From Phycisphaeraceae bacterium (GTDB taxonomy: Bacteria > Planctomycetota > Phycisphaerae > Phycisphaerales > Zrk34): a DNA stretch of 64,000 nucleotides. The DNA is taken from positions 96,001-160,000 of the forward strand of contig JBBDRF010000092.1 in NCBI GenBank assembly GCA_040905565.1, given 5' to 3'. Under the pieces are notes generated by a model. The model was not told the origin of the DNA. It searched no databases and worked only from the letters and a program-made list of their open reading frames with translations. Both the position numbers and the translations under genes were made by a program. Shown piece by piece: positions 10,030 through 19,723 of this stretch. Each line of letters starts with the position of its first letter. Position 1 is the stretch's first letter.

Positions 10030-11340
10030 CTACACAAGCTGCCGCATTTTCACATCGAGGTAGGTGTTGATCACCTGCATGGTGATGTGCTGGGCGTCGG
10101 CTTCGAGGACCATCATCCCGGCGTTGCGGAGGGATGCGACGCGAGCGGCCCGCTCATTGCTCAGCTTCCGCGCGGCGAGCACCTCGTGCATGGCCTCGGC
10201 GTCCGTGGCGGGGCCGGCGGCCACCGTCTCCAGCATCGCATCACGCAAACTGACCACGACCACCACGTGCCGCCGCCCGGCGAGCGGCAGCACCTCGGCG
10301 AGATCCGATGCCAGCTGCGGATCGTTCAGATCGGTGAACAGAAACAGCAGACTCCGGCGACGATGTCCCGCCCGCAGAGCCGACACGAGCGCGGCATATG
10401 ACGGGAACACCGCCTCAGCTTCAACGTCGACCAACTCCTCAACGACCCGTCGCGTGGCCGCTGCGCCCGAGGCCGGCCTGATGAAGCGGCGCACCGCATC
10501 ATCGAAGGTTGCCAGCCCGACGCGGTCGCCCTGATCGGCGCAGCAGTTGGCGAGCATGATCGCAGCGTCGACGGCGTAATCCAGCGCGGTGGCGTCGCCA
10601 ACGGGGTTGCCCATCATGCGGCCGGTGTCCAGACAGAGCATCACGTTCTGACTGCGCTCGTGCACGAACGTATTGGTCACCGGCTCGCGACGGCGGGCGG
10701 TGGCCTTCCAGTTGATGTCGCGGTAGTCGTCGTCGCGCTCATACTCGCGCAGGCGTTCAAACTCACGGCCTGCGCCGACGCGCCGAACCCGATGGATGCC
10801 GATCTGTGCGAGCGCCCGGTTATGCCGCAGTATCTCGTAAGCGTTGATCTGGGCCATGTCGGGATAAACGGTGAGATGGGCCGAAGCATCGGGCGTCAGC
10901 TGTCGGCGGGCGAAGTCGCCATGCGTGCGGACCTGAACATGGGCGGGGGGAAACGCGATGCGTCCGCGACGGTGGGGGGTGACCTCCACACCAAGCGTCA
11001 CCATCTCGCCCGCCTGGACGGTCGTCGACGCATGCTCATTCTCGCTGCTGCAGCGGGGGGGCATCGGCTGATGAATGTGCACGTCAAGCGGCGTCCGCGA
11101 GCGATTGGTGATGCGGTAGCCGAGCGTGGTGGCGTGGCCGACCTGCGAACGGCTGCTGTGCTCCAGTTCGATCTTCACCGCAGCACGCCGCAGGCGTCGG
11201 CCTTCCGTGGCGAACAATAGCAACAGCGCCACGTTCAGCGCCAGCACGGCCCATAGGATCGCGGGATCGACCAGCACGCCGAGGCAGACGATCGCCAGCA
11301 CGGCAAAGCCGAACACGGTGCTGCGGCCCGGCACAATCAT
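10030..11340 (-). CDS. DUF58 domain (VWA-like) MoxR partner
   Basis: GREFERLREYERDDDYRDINWKATARR, LCLDTGRMM, GDRVGL, FTDL. Confidence 0.93.
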   Translation of the reverse strand: MIVPGRSTVFGFAVLAIVCLGVLVDPAILWAVLALNVALLLLFATEGRRLRRAAVKIELEHSSRSQVGHATTLGYRITNRSRTPLDVHIHQPMPPRCSSENEHASTTVQAGEMVTLGVEVTPHRRGRIAFPPAHVQVRTHGDFARRQLTPDASAHLTVYPDMAQINAYEILRHNRALAQIGIHRVRRVGAGREFERLREYERDDDYRDINWKATARRREPVTNTFVHERSQNVMLCLDTGRMMGNPVGDATALDYAVDAAIMLANCCADQGDRVGLATFDDAVRRFIRPASGAAATRRVVEELVDVEAEAVFPSYAALVSALRAGHRRRSLLFLFTDLNDPQLASDLAEVLPLAGRRHVVVVVSLRDAMLETVAAGPATDAEAMHEVLAARKLSNERAARVASLRNAGMMVLEADAQHITMQVINTYLDVKMRQLV

Positions 11341-12326
11341 CGGGGCACTTCCTGCGCATCAAGGAGGTCACGAAGCACTTCACGCACCGAAGCGCCTCCG
11401 ATTTCCGACTCGGCTGTGAGCGTGATGCGATGGCCCAGCACGGGCTCGACCATTTCAACCACGTCGTCAGGTGTCACATAATCACGCCCGGCGACCAAGG
11501 CGCGGGCCTTGGCGACGGTGAGCAGGGCGATCGAGCCGCGCGGCCCGGCACCGACGAGGATGGCTTCGTGATTTCGTGTCGCCCGGCAGAGCTTGAGCAC
11601 GTAATCCATGATGGCCGGCTCGATCTGCACCTGCGTCATCGACTGACGCATTGCCGCGAGATCGTCCGCATCGCACACCGACTCGATGGTGCCCGGTTGG
11701 AGGGCGTCGGGCGGGTCGCCGCGATGGAACGCTTCCAGCAGCTCGCGCTCGGCGACCTCGGCTGGATAGTCGATCCTGATCTTCAGCAGAAAGCGATCCT
11801 GCTGGGCCTCGGGCAGTGGGTAGGTGCCTTCGTACTCGATCGGATTTTGCGTGGCGAAGACGGTGAAGAACGGCGAGAGCTGATGTGTCACGCCGTCGAT
11901 GGTGCAGCGGCGTTCGGCCATCGCTTCGAGTAGCGCGGACTGCGTCTTGGCGGGGGCGCGGTTGATCTCGTCAGCGAGCAGCAGGTCGGTGAAGACCGGC
12001 CCGCGATGAAGGTCAAACGTGTTGGCCTGGAGGTTGAACACGTTCGTGCCGACGATGTCCGAAGGCATCAGGTCGGGCGTGAACTGGACGCGTTTTGCGT
12101 CACATGAGAGCGCCAGCGCCATGGCACGCACCGCCAGCGTTTTCGCGGTGCCGGGGACGCCTTCGAGCAGGGCATGGCCGCTGCTGAGCAGTGCGATGAT
12201 CATCTGGTCGAGCACGGCGTCCTGACCGATCACGACTTTCCGCAGCTCCTGTTGAAGCTGCTTGATGCGTGAAGCGGTGTCGTCCAGCGTGCCGGCTTCT
12301 GTTGTGGGGTCTGAGTCTAATGTCAC
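11337..12326 (-). CDS. moxR: MoxR-family AAA+ ATPase
   Basis: [66 protein letters not shown]. Confidence 0.96.
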   Translation of the reverse strand: MTLDSDPTTEAGTLDDTASRIKQLQQELRKVVIGQDAVLDQMIIALLSSGHALLEGVPGTAKTLAVRAMALALSCDAKRVQFTPDLMPSDIVGTNVFNLQANTFDLHRGPVFTDLLLADEINRAPAKTQSALLEAMAERRCTIDGVTHQLSPFFTVFATQNPIEYEGTYPLPEAQQDRFLLKIRIDYPAEVAERELLEAFHRGDPPDALQPGTIESVCDADDLAAMRQSMTQVQIEPAIMDYVLKLCRATRNHEAILVGAGPRGSIALLTVAKARALVAGRDYVTPDDVVEMVEPVLGHRITLTAESEIGGASVREVLRDLLDAQEVPR

Positions 12327-13525
12327 TTTTCAAGCGCCTTCACCAGGGAATAAGAACGGTCAAGCATCGCAGCGTATGCCTCATTGCGACGCGGTTTTTG
12401 TTCGCCAGCCAGCTGTTCCAGGTCGGTCAAAAGCTGCTGCACCGCTGCTGCGTGTGTTTCGGGTAATCGTTTCGCACGCTGGGCGATGGCAGAGGGTTTG
12501 CATCGAAGCGCGCCAGCGAGGCGTGCATAGACCTCGGCGACGACGCGCCGGCTCACCTCGTCAGGCGACAGGGATTGGCGGTAGAGGTAGCCGAGCGTGT
12601 GGATTTGTTCGACGCTGGATCGGGCCTGCGTGATCGGCGGATCGGGTTCACTGCGTTGGCGACGCGTGCTCCAGTGGTAGATGCCGAGCGCCAGGATCGC
12701 CTGGAGGAGGACGGGCGTCAGGCCGGCACGGGAGATGAGTTCGAGCATGGTGTGATGCTGCCCGACGCCGAGCGACCACTCATCGAAGAGCACCGGCCCG
12801 TCACCGAGCAGTTCGAGTAGCAGCTCGACATTATCCCCGCGAAGCAGCCCGCTATTTGAAGCGGGGGTCGGCGCGCCGATGATGACCAGCCGCCCTGCTC
12901 CGACGCCCATCTCGGCAGCAACGATACGAGGCCCATCTTTCGCAAGCGGACGCCAGCGCGGGGCTGGCTCGCTGCCCAGCGCCTGGGGCAGAAGCAGTCC
13001 CCAATGCCTGTCGGCGTCGACTTCGGATGCCGCGGTGACCAGGGGATACATCGCGGAGAGGTCGTCCGGGTCGGCGCCCTGCCGCTGGAGAACTTCGAGG
13101 TCTTTAGCGGCTGCGGTTTCGATGGAAGCGTTCTCCTTCGGCACGCCGACCTCTTCCATGAGCCTGCTGTACTGCCGCGTGAACTGAATGACGGTGTTGC
13201 CGTCGTGCATCCAGTCGATCAGTTGCGAGGAGCCGTAGACGACGGAAGTAGGGCCGGCGGTGTCGGACCTCCGACTCGGCAGGACCTGCACAAGCGTGCC
13301 GTGATGGTCGGCCGAGAGGCGCGGGCGGGTGATGCGGTCGACCGGCAGACCTCGCATCTCGAGCAGATCGAAGAGGGCGGCCGTGCCGTGCGGATCATGG
13401 CGATAGCTTGAGTACAGCGGCGCGGTCTGGCCGCCCCGGCTGGTCCACGAGGCAAGCTGATAAAACGCCTGCCCGACGATCAGCATGGCGACGAGGCAGC
13501 CTCCAATAACCCACCATCGGCTCAT
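12323..13525 (-). CDS. DUF4350 domain-containing protein
   Basis: N-terminal TM, YSSYRHDPHGTAALFDLLE, GAGRLVI, VLFDE, second TM; position in the MoxR operon. Confidence 0.8.
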   Translation of the reverse strand: MSRWWVIGGCLVAMLIVGQAFYQLASWTSRGGQTAPLYSSYRHDPHGTAALFDLLEMRGLPVDRITRPRLSADHHGTLVQVLPSRRSDTAGPTSVVYGSSQLIDWMHDGNTVIQFTRQYSRLMEEVGVPKENASIETAAAKDLEVLQRQGADPDDLSAMYPLVTAASEVDADRHWGLLLPQALGSEPAPRWRPLAKDGPRIVAAEMGVGAGRLVIIGAPTPASNSGLLRGDNVELLLELLGDGPVLFDEWSLGVGQHHTMLELISRAGLTPVLLQAILALGIYHWSTRRQRSEPDPPITQARSSVEQIHTLGYLYRQSLSPDEVSRRVVAEVYARLAGALRCKPSAIAQRAKRLPETHAAAVQQLLTDLEQLAGEQKPRRNEAYAAMLDRSYSLVKALEK

Positions 13526-14310
13526 GATGCGCCTCCTGCGTCCTCGATCAGCATCGCCACGTCGCGCTCGACCTGCTGGACGTCGGCTGCGGCGGCAATG
13601 TGGTGGCCGTACCAGACCTCGTCGAACGTGGTGGTGAGACGATGGAACACGGCCCGCTCATCCTCCGGCCCGCGATAGTGGCGGACGTAGGTCCAGTTGG
13701 TGCGGTTCGTGCGGTAGTTGATTTTTTGTTCTTTGTGCAGCCCCGACAGCAGCGCCAGGTAGAGCGCCCGGTACATCGCACGCAGGTCACGATCCTGCTG
13801 AAGCCGACGGGCCTCCTGTAGCCACTCGGGGGCATCGAGCGCGAGCGCTTCGCCTGCATCGAGTGCTTCACGCACCCGTTCGCGAGAAAGCACCCGCGCC
13901 CCTTCGTCATGCTTTTCGCGATCGCGCAGCGTCCGGATGACGACGAAACAGAGGAAGGCCACCGCCAGTCCGACCACCACCCAGCCGAGCACGCGCAACC
14001 CGCTGAGCAGTGCACCGGAACTTCCCCCGGCGGTCGGCTCCGCGCGCTCTGATCTCGATCGATCGAACCACGCATCGATCTGATCCTTCATCCATTGTCG
14101 CCACGCCGCGAACATCTCGCCGATGGCAGAGTCTGAATCGTGATCGGCGCGTTGTTGGCGGAGTTGCCATCGCTGATAGGTGTCGCCGCTGAGGATCTGT
14201 TCGACCTGCTCACGTGGTTGACCGGGCGTCGGGGAGGGCGCATCGGCAGCGGCCGCGACCTGGGCCGCCAGCAATAGCATCATCACCCCGAGCAGTCGGC
14301 AGGCAGTCAC
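13522..14310 (-). CDS. DUF4129 domain-containing protein
   Basis: Signal peptide and TM; RALYLALL...RTNWTYVR...FHRLTTTFDEVWYG. The GTG start overlaps the upstream stop; the ORF-track extension to 14874 is spurious. Confidence 0.85.
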   Translation of the reverse strand: MTACRLLGVMMLLLAAQVAAAADAPSPTPGQPREQVEQILSGDTYQRWQLRQQRADHDSDSAIGEMFAAWRQWMKDQIDAWFDRSRSERAEPTAGGSSGALLSGLRVLGWVVVGLAVAFLCFVVIRTLRDREKHDEGARVLSRERVREALDAGEALALDAPEWLQEARRLQQDRDLRAMYRALYLALLSGLHKEQKINYRTNRTNWTYVRHYRGPEDERAVFHRLTTTFDEVWYGHHIAAAADVQQVERDVAMLIEDAGGAS

Positions 14311-15110
14311 GTGGTGGCCAGCTCCTGTAAGCGGGCTCGCAGGTCCGTGCCGAGCCTTGAGGATCGCAGGTCGTAGAACACCATCACCGAGGCCACGGTC
14401 CAGAACAGGTCGAAGGCGAGGAACACGAAGTAACCGATCGCCAGCCACCAGCCGGCCCCGCTGACCGTCAGTTGCAGTTCGGTGACGTCGATCCCGAGCA
14501 GGCTGGGCAGCACCGTCCCCAGGAAAAGCGTGTGCATCCCCAGCACCGCCAGGCACACGAGCAGCAGCAACAATAGTAGGATGCTGGTCGTCCGCGCCAG
14601 CCGCGTCAGGCCATGCTGCATCCACTGCCAGGTGCGGGCGAACTTGCGGGTGCTTCTGCCGTGCTCCTCGAGCATCATGGGGGCGGCAAAACCCGCGAGC
14701 CAGAACCCCAGCAAAGCGGGAATAATCAGCAGCGACCCCCACGTGATCATGAAGTTCGCCAATGCCCGAACGACGATGATCGGAAGAATGCTGCCTCGAA
14801 GCTGGGGAGGGGCTTCGCGGCGGAGGTCCGCCTGGATGCGACGTTGGATCATCGCCTGGCCGACCCACCGCCACACCGTCGCCGCCACCAGAAGCACGCA
14901 GACCGCGGGCAGCGCCGAGCGCCGCTGTGCTGTGACCACGTCCACCAGCCAGAGCATCGCCCCGGTCATTGGGAGGATCGCCAGAAGGTAGATTCCCAGG
15001 ACCCGCTCGGGGTACCGGCGTAGATATTCGAGCGTGAGATCCAGCGGGACCGTCGCCGCTCCGCCGCTGCCGAGTTCCGACGCAATTTCCGGTTCGCGCG
15101 TCGCCCCCAT
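14307..15110 (-). CDS. Multi-pass membrane protein of the MoxR cluster
   Basis: About 5-6 TM segments; C-terminal FYDLRSSRLGTDL resembles the YxDxRxRxEGxDL-type tail seen in such clusters. Confidence 0.75.
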   Translation of the reverse strand: MGATREPEIASELGSGGAATVPLDLTLEYLRRYPERVLGIYLLAILPMTGAMLWLVDVVTAQRRSALPAVCVLLVAATVWRWVGQAMIQRRIQADLRREAPPQLRGSILPIIVVRALANFMITWGSLLIIPALLGFWLAGFAAPMMLEEHGRSTRKFARTWQWMQHGLTRLARTTSILLLLLLLVCLAVLGMHTLFLGTVLPSLLGIDVTELQLTVSGAGWWLAIGYFVFLAFDLFWTVASVMVFYDLRSSRLGTDLRARLQELATT

Positions 15111-15403
15111 CAGCCGCTCCCCACCAGATCGATCACGAATTGAAAGCTCAGCAGGTACGACAGGTACATCATGAACAGCAGCGCCGGCGTCGCAAGCGTC
15201 GCGGCAACCGCGACGAAACTGCCACCTTCGCCGGCCGCGTCTTTTGCACGCCGCTCGTGCAGGAGACGCAAGCCCTCACGGCTGTAGTTCACGCCCTCGT
15301 ATCGCGTCGAGCATTCGGCACAAATCGGCTGCTTGGTGATGACACACTGGCCGATGGCGGCCCGGTCAGGATGGCTGCTGCATGTCCGCCGAACGATGCC
15401 CAT
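15110..15403 (-). CDS. Small B-box-like Zn-finger membrane protein
   Basis: CSSHP-x7-CVIT-x4-CAEC and a C-terminal TM; first gene of the coupled operon; TAGACT -10-like hexamer 9 nt upstream. Confidence 0.75.
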   Translation of the reverse strand: MGIVRRTCSSHPDRAAIGQCVITKQPICAECSTRYEGVNYSREGLRLLHERRAKDAAGEGGSFVAVAATLATPALLFMMYLSYLLSFQFVIDLVGSG

Positions 15404-15473
15404 AGGTCCGCAAGTCTACCCGACCGCGCGTGGCCGTGTCGATCAGCGCTTCACATTTGGGAGGGCCCGGGGC

Positions 15474-16817
15474 TTACGCGCTCTGCCAGACTTCGAAGCG
15501 AGCCTTGCCCGCGTGCTTCGCACGGTACAGGGCCTTGTCGGCTTCCTGCAGCAGGCGTTCACCCGTTTCCGACCCCGTCTGTTTGCGTGACGCAATGCCG
15601 ATGCTCATTGAAGGCATTGCCGCGATGGTGGCCTCATCGAAACGCTCGGCGCAAAGCTCGTGGAAGGTCTGCAGCAGGCGCTCGCTTACGGGGATGGCGT
15701 CTTCGGGGCCGGTCGCGGTCATAAGGAGGACGAACTCGTCGCCGCCGAGCCTTGCGACCAGATCGCTGGAACGGCGGACGGCCCGGAACGCCTCGCCGGC
15801 CAGCTTCAGAAGTTCGTCGCCGGAGCCGTGGCCGAGTGTGTCGTTGATGGTCTTCAGGCCGTCGAGATCGATCGCCAGACAAACGAGGTCGGCGTCGCTG
15901 CGCGTCGAGGCGGCGAACATCATCTCCATGCCGTTGGCGAGGGCACGGCGGTTGGGCAGGCCGGTGAGCACATCAGAGGTGGCCATCTTTTCCAGTTGCT
16001 CCGCAGCCTGCCGAAGGTCTTCCGTGCGTGATGCGATGCGACGTTCGAGATCTTGGTTGATCTCCAGCAGGGCCCGTCGGTTCGCCAGTAGCTGGCCCGC
16101 CATATCGTTGAAGGCGATGGCGAGGTAGGCGATTTCGTTGTCGCCGCCCACGGGCAAAGGCTTGGGATCAGCGCCTTCGGCGAGCCGGCGGATGGCTTGA
16201 TGGAGATGGGCGAGCCCGACCGTCCACCGCCGAAGCTTGGCGTAAGCGATCGGCAGGAGGACGAGTGCCGCGATCAGCAGCCCCGCCGCCATGCCCGCCG
16301 CGCCGTCGAACATCGCACGCCGACTGCCCAGGTCGTCCACCGCAAGCAGCAGCGTCTGACCATCGCCCGATTCGAGCGGCTGCCGAAACACGATGCGGTT
16401 GTGCAGGGTTTGAATCTGCGTGTCCCGATCATCCTCAATGAGCGTTTGCGCCCAGTCGGGCAGCGGTTCGTCGCTTGCCAGCAGGGCGCCCTCGGCATCG
16501 ACCACGTCTGCGAATGCGATGCCCTGCACGTCTCTCAGGCGATCGAGCACGTCGGCTGTGTTGCCCTGTCCCGCTGCCCGGGTCGCCGTTTCGATCTGAC
16601 CCGCTGCCATCGTCGCCATGGCCGCTGCATGATCGAGCCGCCCCGATGCGCGCCAGGGCCCCTGCAACAACATCAGCACGAGCAGCGCCACGCCGGCCTG
16701 GCACAGGGCGATCGCGATCATCCATCGCCACAGGATATGGTGCATCCGCTGCCTTGGCACGAACGCCAGCGACACCCCCTGTTTGTCGTCCCAATCGATC
16801 GCGTCTGGTCGCATCAA
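15474..16817 (-). CDS. Membrane-bound diguanylate cyclase (2 TM, HAMP, GGDEF)
   Basis: HAMP NEIAYLAIAFNDM; DVLTGLPNRR; DLDGLKTINDTLGHGSGD; RSSD I-site; ARLGGDEF; ADKALYRAKHAGK. Confidence 0.95.
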   Translation of the reverse strand: MMRPDAIDWDDKQGVSLAFVPRQRMHHILWRWMIAIALCQAGVALLVLMLLQGPWRASGRLDHAAAMATMAAGQIETATRAAGQGNTADVLDRLRDVQGIAFADVVDAEGALLASDEPLPDWAQTLIEDDRDTQIQTLHNRIVFRQPLESGDGQTLLLAVDDLGSRRAMFDGAAGMAAGLLIAALVLLPIAYAKLRRWTVGLAHLHQAIRRLAEGADPKPLPVGGDNEIAYLAIAFNDMAGQLLANRRALLEINQDLERRIASRTEDLRQAAEQLEKMATSDVLTGLPNRRALANGMEMMFAASTRSDADLVCLAIDLDGLKTINDTLGHGSGDELLKLAGEAFRAVRRSSDLVARLGGDEFVLLMTATGPEDAIPVSERLLQTFHELCAERFDEATIAAMPSMSIGIASRKQTGSETGERLLQEADKALYRAKHAGKARFEVWQSA

Positions 16818-16870
16818 TCTCGCTGCCTTCTGGTGATGATCCGTCTCTCGGGGTTAAGGGCCAGGTTCGT

Positions 16871-17965
16871 TCAGTTCGCGGGAATGAGTCGTGGATTCGC
16901 CGTGAGCAGTTGCGGGTTCCGGTCGTGGTAGAACCACGAGCTACTGTCAAGATCGAATCGTCTGGCCATGATCGCGCCGTAGGCGCGGGCGCCCTTCTGC
17001 ACTTCGATCTTGCTTACTGGTGCATCGATGATCGCATGAGCGGCGGTGCCTTCGTCGCCGATGATGAAGTTGTTGTTATTGCGTTGATAGATCACCACAC
17101 GCCATGACTCGATTGTGTTGGCGTTCAGCTTTGAACCCGACCAAAGCTCGACGTCACCATCTACGTAGATTTCGAGCGTGGCGTCGTCGATGAGTTCAAT
17201 CGCCCCAGCATCACTCATCTTAAAGTCATCGTTAACGCGCACCGTTACGTCGCCGTGGATCTGAAGCACCGCGCCATCATTGACTTCCAGGTAACCAAAG
17301 TGGCGACTGGAATTGATGATGTGGATCCCGCTGTCAAGCTGATAATCGCCTTCGCTGGCGAGAGGAACGTTGTCGGGCATGGCGAGCATGGGCGGCAACG
17401 CAAGCGTATCGCCAACCACCGCCTCTTCGCCGGCATTCTCGCCACCATAGGGGCCGTCGGCGGAGTCGAATCCGTCAGTGTGGCCGCTGATTGAGTATTT
17501 GTTGCTGGTGGCGATGCCGAGTGTGAACGTACTGTTCTTGTAGATTTGTCGTACCACGCGGTGCGAGCCGCCGCCGTACCTGCCGACCGAGACCAGCGTG
17601 ATCGGATGCGTGAGCCCGGGCTCCGTCGGGTCGCCATCCTCGGCGGAGAGGGTGAAGCTGCCCCCGGCGAGCGTCTGATCGGTCAGCCAAGTTCCCGCTT
17701 CGTGTTCGCTATCCCAGTCGCTGTTGTTCTGTACGTAGTACATCGCCATCCCGAGCCCCGCTTCGGCGATCTGTCGGGCCTGCGCGTGATCGCTCATGGT
17801 GACAGCTGTTGCGGTCGCCGTGCCAGCTTGCGCCAGGAACGTGAGGCCCATGATGAACGCAACCGCGACCGCAATCAGCACGAGCACCATTGCCATGCCC
17901 GCTTCCCGTCGGCGCATGCGATGCACGTGCTGCTCCTTCTCGACCTGTTTGCCGGCTGTATTCAT
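16871..17965 (-). CDS. PilX/GspK-like large minor pilin with beta-rich C-terminal domain
   Basis: REAG|MAMVLVLIAVAV prepilin site without Glu5; QARQIAEAGL PilX-type N-terminal motif. Confidence 0.8.
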   Translation of the reverse strand: MNTAGKQVEKEQHVHRMRRREAGMAMVLVLIAVAVAFIMGLTFLAQAGTATATAVTMSDHAQARQIAEAGLGMAMYYVQNNSDWDSEHEAGTWLTDQTLAGGSFTLSAEDGDPTEPGLTHPITLVSVGRYGGGSHRVVRQIYKNSTFTLGIATSNKYSISGHTDGFDSADGPYGGENAGEEAVVGDTLALPPMLAMPDNVPLASEGDYQLDSGIHIINSSRHFGYLEVNDGAVLQIHGDVTVRVNDDFKMSDAGAIELIDDATLEIYVDGDVELWSGSKLNANTIESWRVVIYQRNNNNFIIGDEGTAAHAIIDAPVSKIEVQKGARAYGAIMARRFDLDSSSWFYHDRNPQLLTANPRLIPAN

Positions 17966-18621
17966 TGCACATCCACGCTATGACGGAGGGCGGAGATGAC
18001 CGTCACCGTCTCCTCGCCACCGGCGCGCTCGAACGTGACACGAACGCGAAGCAGCCGGGCAGCCTTGACGTCGGCCTCATCAAAATCAACTTCCCAGTCG
18101 GTCACGCAGCTCAGAAGCAGTCGGCCGGGCATGTTCCCGATATTGATCTCGGCATTCGTGGCACCGGTGTAACTTTGATTCAGGTTGTAACTGCGATCGA
18201 CAGCGAGATCGTCTACCGCTTCATACACCCATATTTCCTGACTCTGTTTGTCCCACTCAATCCGCCTGAGTTCCGACGTGTCTGGCACGCGATTGCCGTT
18301 CGCGTCGGCGATCCAGAGCACGATGTGATGCGGGTGATCGGTAAGGACCATGGAGGCGGCGTCGCGCGTCACCTCGCCCAGCCGATGGATGACCACCTGG
18401 CGTGTCACCATGCTCTCACGGCTGTGCTGCTGCGTTTGCGTGCCGCTCCCCACCGCCGCCAGCATCATCGCCACGCCGAGGCCCACCATGCTACTGAGCG
18501 CCAAGCCGATGAGCATCTCCACGAGCGTGAAGGCACGCGGAATGCGTCGGTGGGACGGGGATGGTTCGGCCTGAACGCTCAAGGCGAATCCGGTTCGGGG
18601 ATGAAGCGAGTCAGTGTCCAT
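17962..18621 (-). CDS. Minor pilin (PilW/GspJ-like)
   Basis: PRA|FTLVEMLIGLAL N-methylation motif. Confidence 0.85.
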   Translation of the reverse strand: MDTDSLHPRTGFALSVQAEPSPSHRRIPRAFTLVEMLIGLALSSMVGLGVAMMLAAVGSGTQTQQHSRESMVTRQVVIHRLGEVTRDAASMVLTDHPHHIVLWIADANGNRVPDTSELRRIEWDKQSQEIWVYEAVDDLAVDRSYNLNQSYTGATNAEINIGNMPGRLLLSCVTDWEVDFDEADVKAARLLRVRVTFERAGGEETVTVISALRHSVDVQ

Positions 18622-19073
18622 TTCTTGCCCGTGACGTGCTCGGTGGTGATGGTCACCTGCTTGCCGGGAATGTTGATGCCCGCCAGCGCCGGGATCACTT
18701 CGGTTGCATCCGTCACAGAGACCGATCGGCTGAACTGCTGCTCCGCAGGTCCGTAGGCCTCGCCGGTGAAGTCGGTCACGTCGTCCGGTTGCTCCGCGAA
18801 GTGGTCGCCGTAGTCGTCAAGGTGAAACGTGGCCCGGCTGGCGTGATTGCTGCCGTGGTACGGACGGCTGATGATTTCCTCCATCAGATGCTCACTGAGG
18901 CGCAGGCCGCGGAGCGCGATGTCGCTATCGTGCAGATGCTGCTGCCCGGCGACGGTGGCATAGGTCAGCCCGAGCATCACGGTCGACAGCACAGTCATGG
19001 CCATGAGCGCATCGACGATGGCCATACCACGCCGACCACCGCTCAGCGACGACCTGTAAAACGCCGGGATCAT
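18579..19073 (-). CDS. Minor pilin (PilV/MshD-like)
   Basis: GRRG|MAIVDALMAMTVL atypical prepilin site; LMEEIISRPY...LDDY; RSVSV. Confidence 0.75.
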   Translation of the reverse strand: MIPAFYRSSLSGGRRGMAIVDALMAMTVLSTVMLGLTYATVAGQQHLHDSDIALRGLRLSEHLMEEIISRPYHGSNHASRATFHLDDYGDHFAEQPDDVTDFTGEAYGPAEQQFSRSVSVTDATEVIPALAGINIPGKQVTITTEHVTGKKWTLTRFIPEPDSP

Positions 19074-19080
19074 GTCAGCA

Positions 19081-19107
19081 TCATCGGCAAGCTGAAGGGG
19101 GCTCTTA
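19081..19107 (-). promoter_or_regulatory. Sigma28 (FliA/WhiG)-like promoter for the minor pilin-DGC genes
   Basis: TAAG-N15-GCCGATGA on the minus strand (consensus TAAA-N15-GCCGATAA), ending 7 nt before ATG 19073. Confidence 0.7.
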
Positions 19108-19132
19108 ATTTGAGCGATGGTCGGGCCGATGA
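19106..19132 (+). promoter_or_regulatory. Sigma28-like promoter for the GspH/FimT-like pilin
   Basis: TAAT-N15-GCCGATGA on the plus strand, ending 10 nt before ATG 19143. Confidence 0.7.
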
Positions 19133-19142
19133 TAGGAACACG

Positions 19143-19676
19143 ATGTACGAACTAACGACCGATGGAAAAGGGACGCCGCTGCTGGGAAGACGCTGCCTGC
19201 GCGGCTTTTCGCTGGTGGAAATGATGATCGTGGTCGTGGTGCTGGCGATCGTCGCGTTGCTCGCGGTTCCGGGTGAGACTCGCCGTGAGGCGACACAGGT
19301 GCAGGCGGCGGCGAAGTTGCTGCTGGCGGACCTGGACTACGCATGCATCGCCTCGCTGGGCAATGGCGTGGACCCGTGCGTGGTGGTGTTTGATGAAGAT
19401 GGTGAAGGGTATCGGCTTGCGTCATCATTGGACGCAGCCACGCCGTTGACCGACCCGGCGACAGGTCAGCCGTACCAAGTGCGATTCGGTGAAGGACGCG
19501 CCGGGGCGCTAACGCGTGTAAGGCTCACGGCCGTCGATACCGATGATAATCAGCTGGTCTACAACCCGATGGGCGGTCTGGAATCAGCCGGTGACGCCAG
19601 CGTCACGCTGACTTGCGGCTCATCCTCGCTCACCCTCACCATCCGCGCCAGCACCGGGCAAGCGATCATCGAGTAG
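19143..19676 (+). CDS. GspH/FimT-like minor pilin
   Basis: LRG|FSLVEMMIVVVVLAIVALLAVP; LLADLDYA; YNPMG; TIRASTGQ. Confidence 0.88.
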   Translation: MYELTTDGKGTPLLGRRCLRGFSLVEMMIVVVVLAIVALLAVPGETRREATQVQAAAKLLLADLDYACIASLGNGVDPCVVVFDEDGEGYRLASSLDAATPLTDPATGQPYQVRFGEGRAGALTRVRLTAVDTDDNQLVYNPMGGLESAGDASVTLTCGSSSLTLTIRASTGQAIIE

Positions 19677-19723
19677 TGCCGCGCCGCTGGCACGGCGGTC
19701 ACGAGAAGTTCAAGCGGCATCTG

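Noticed and set aside
18561..19142. ORF-track 371-aa version of the GspH/FimT-like gene
   Set aside because: The extension overlaps the minus-strand pilin; the prepilin motif and promoter support ATG 19143.
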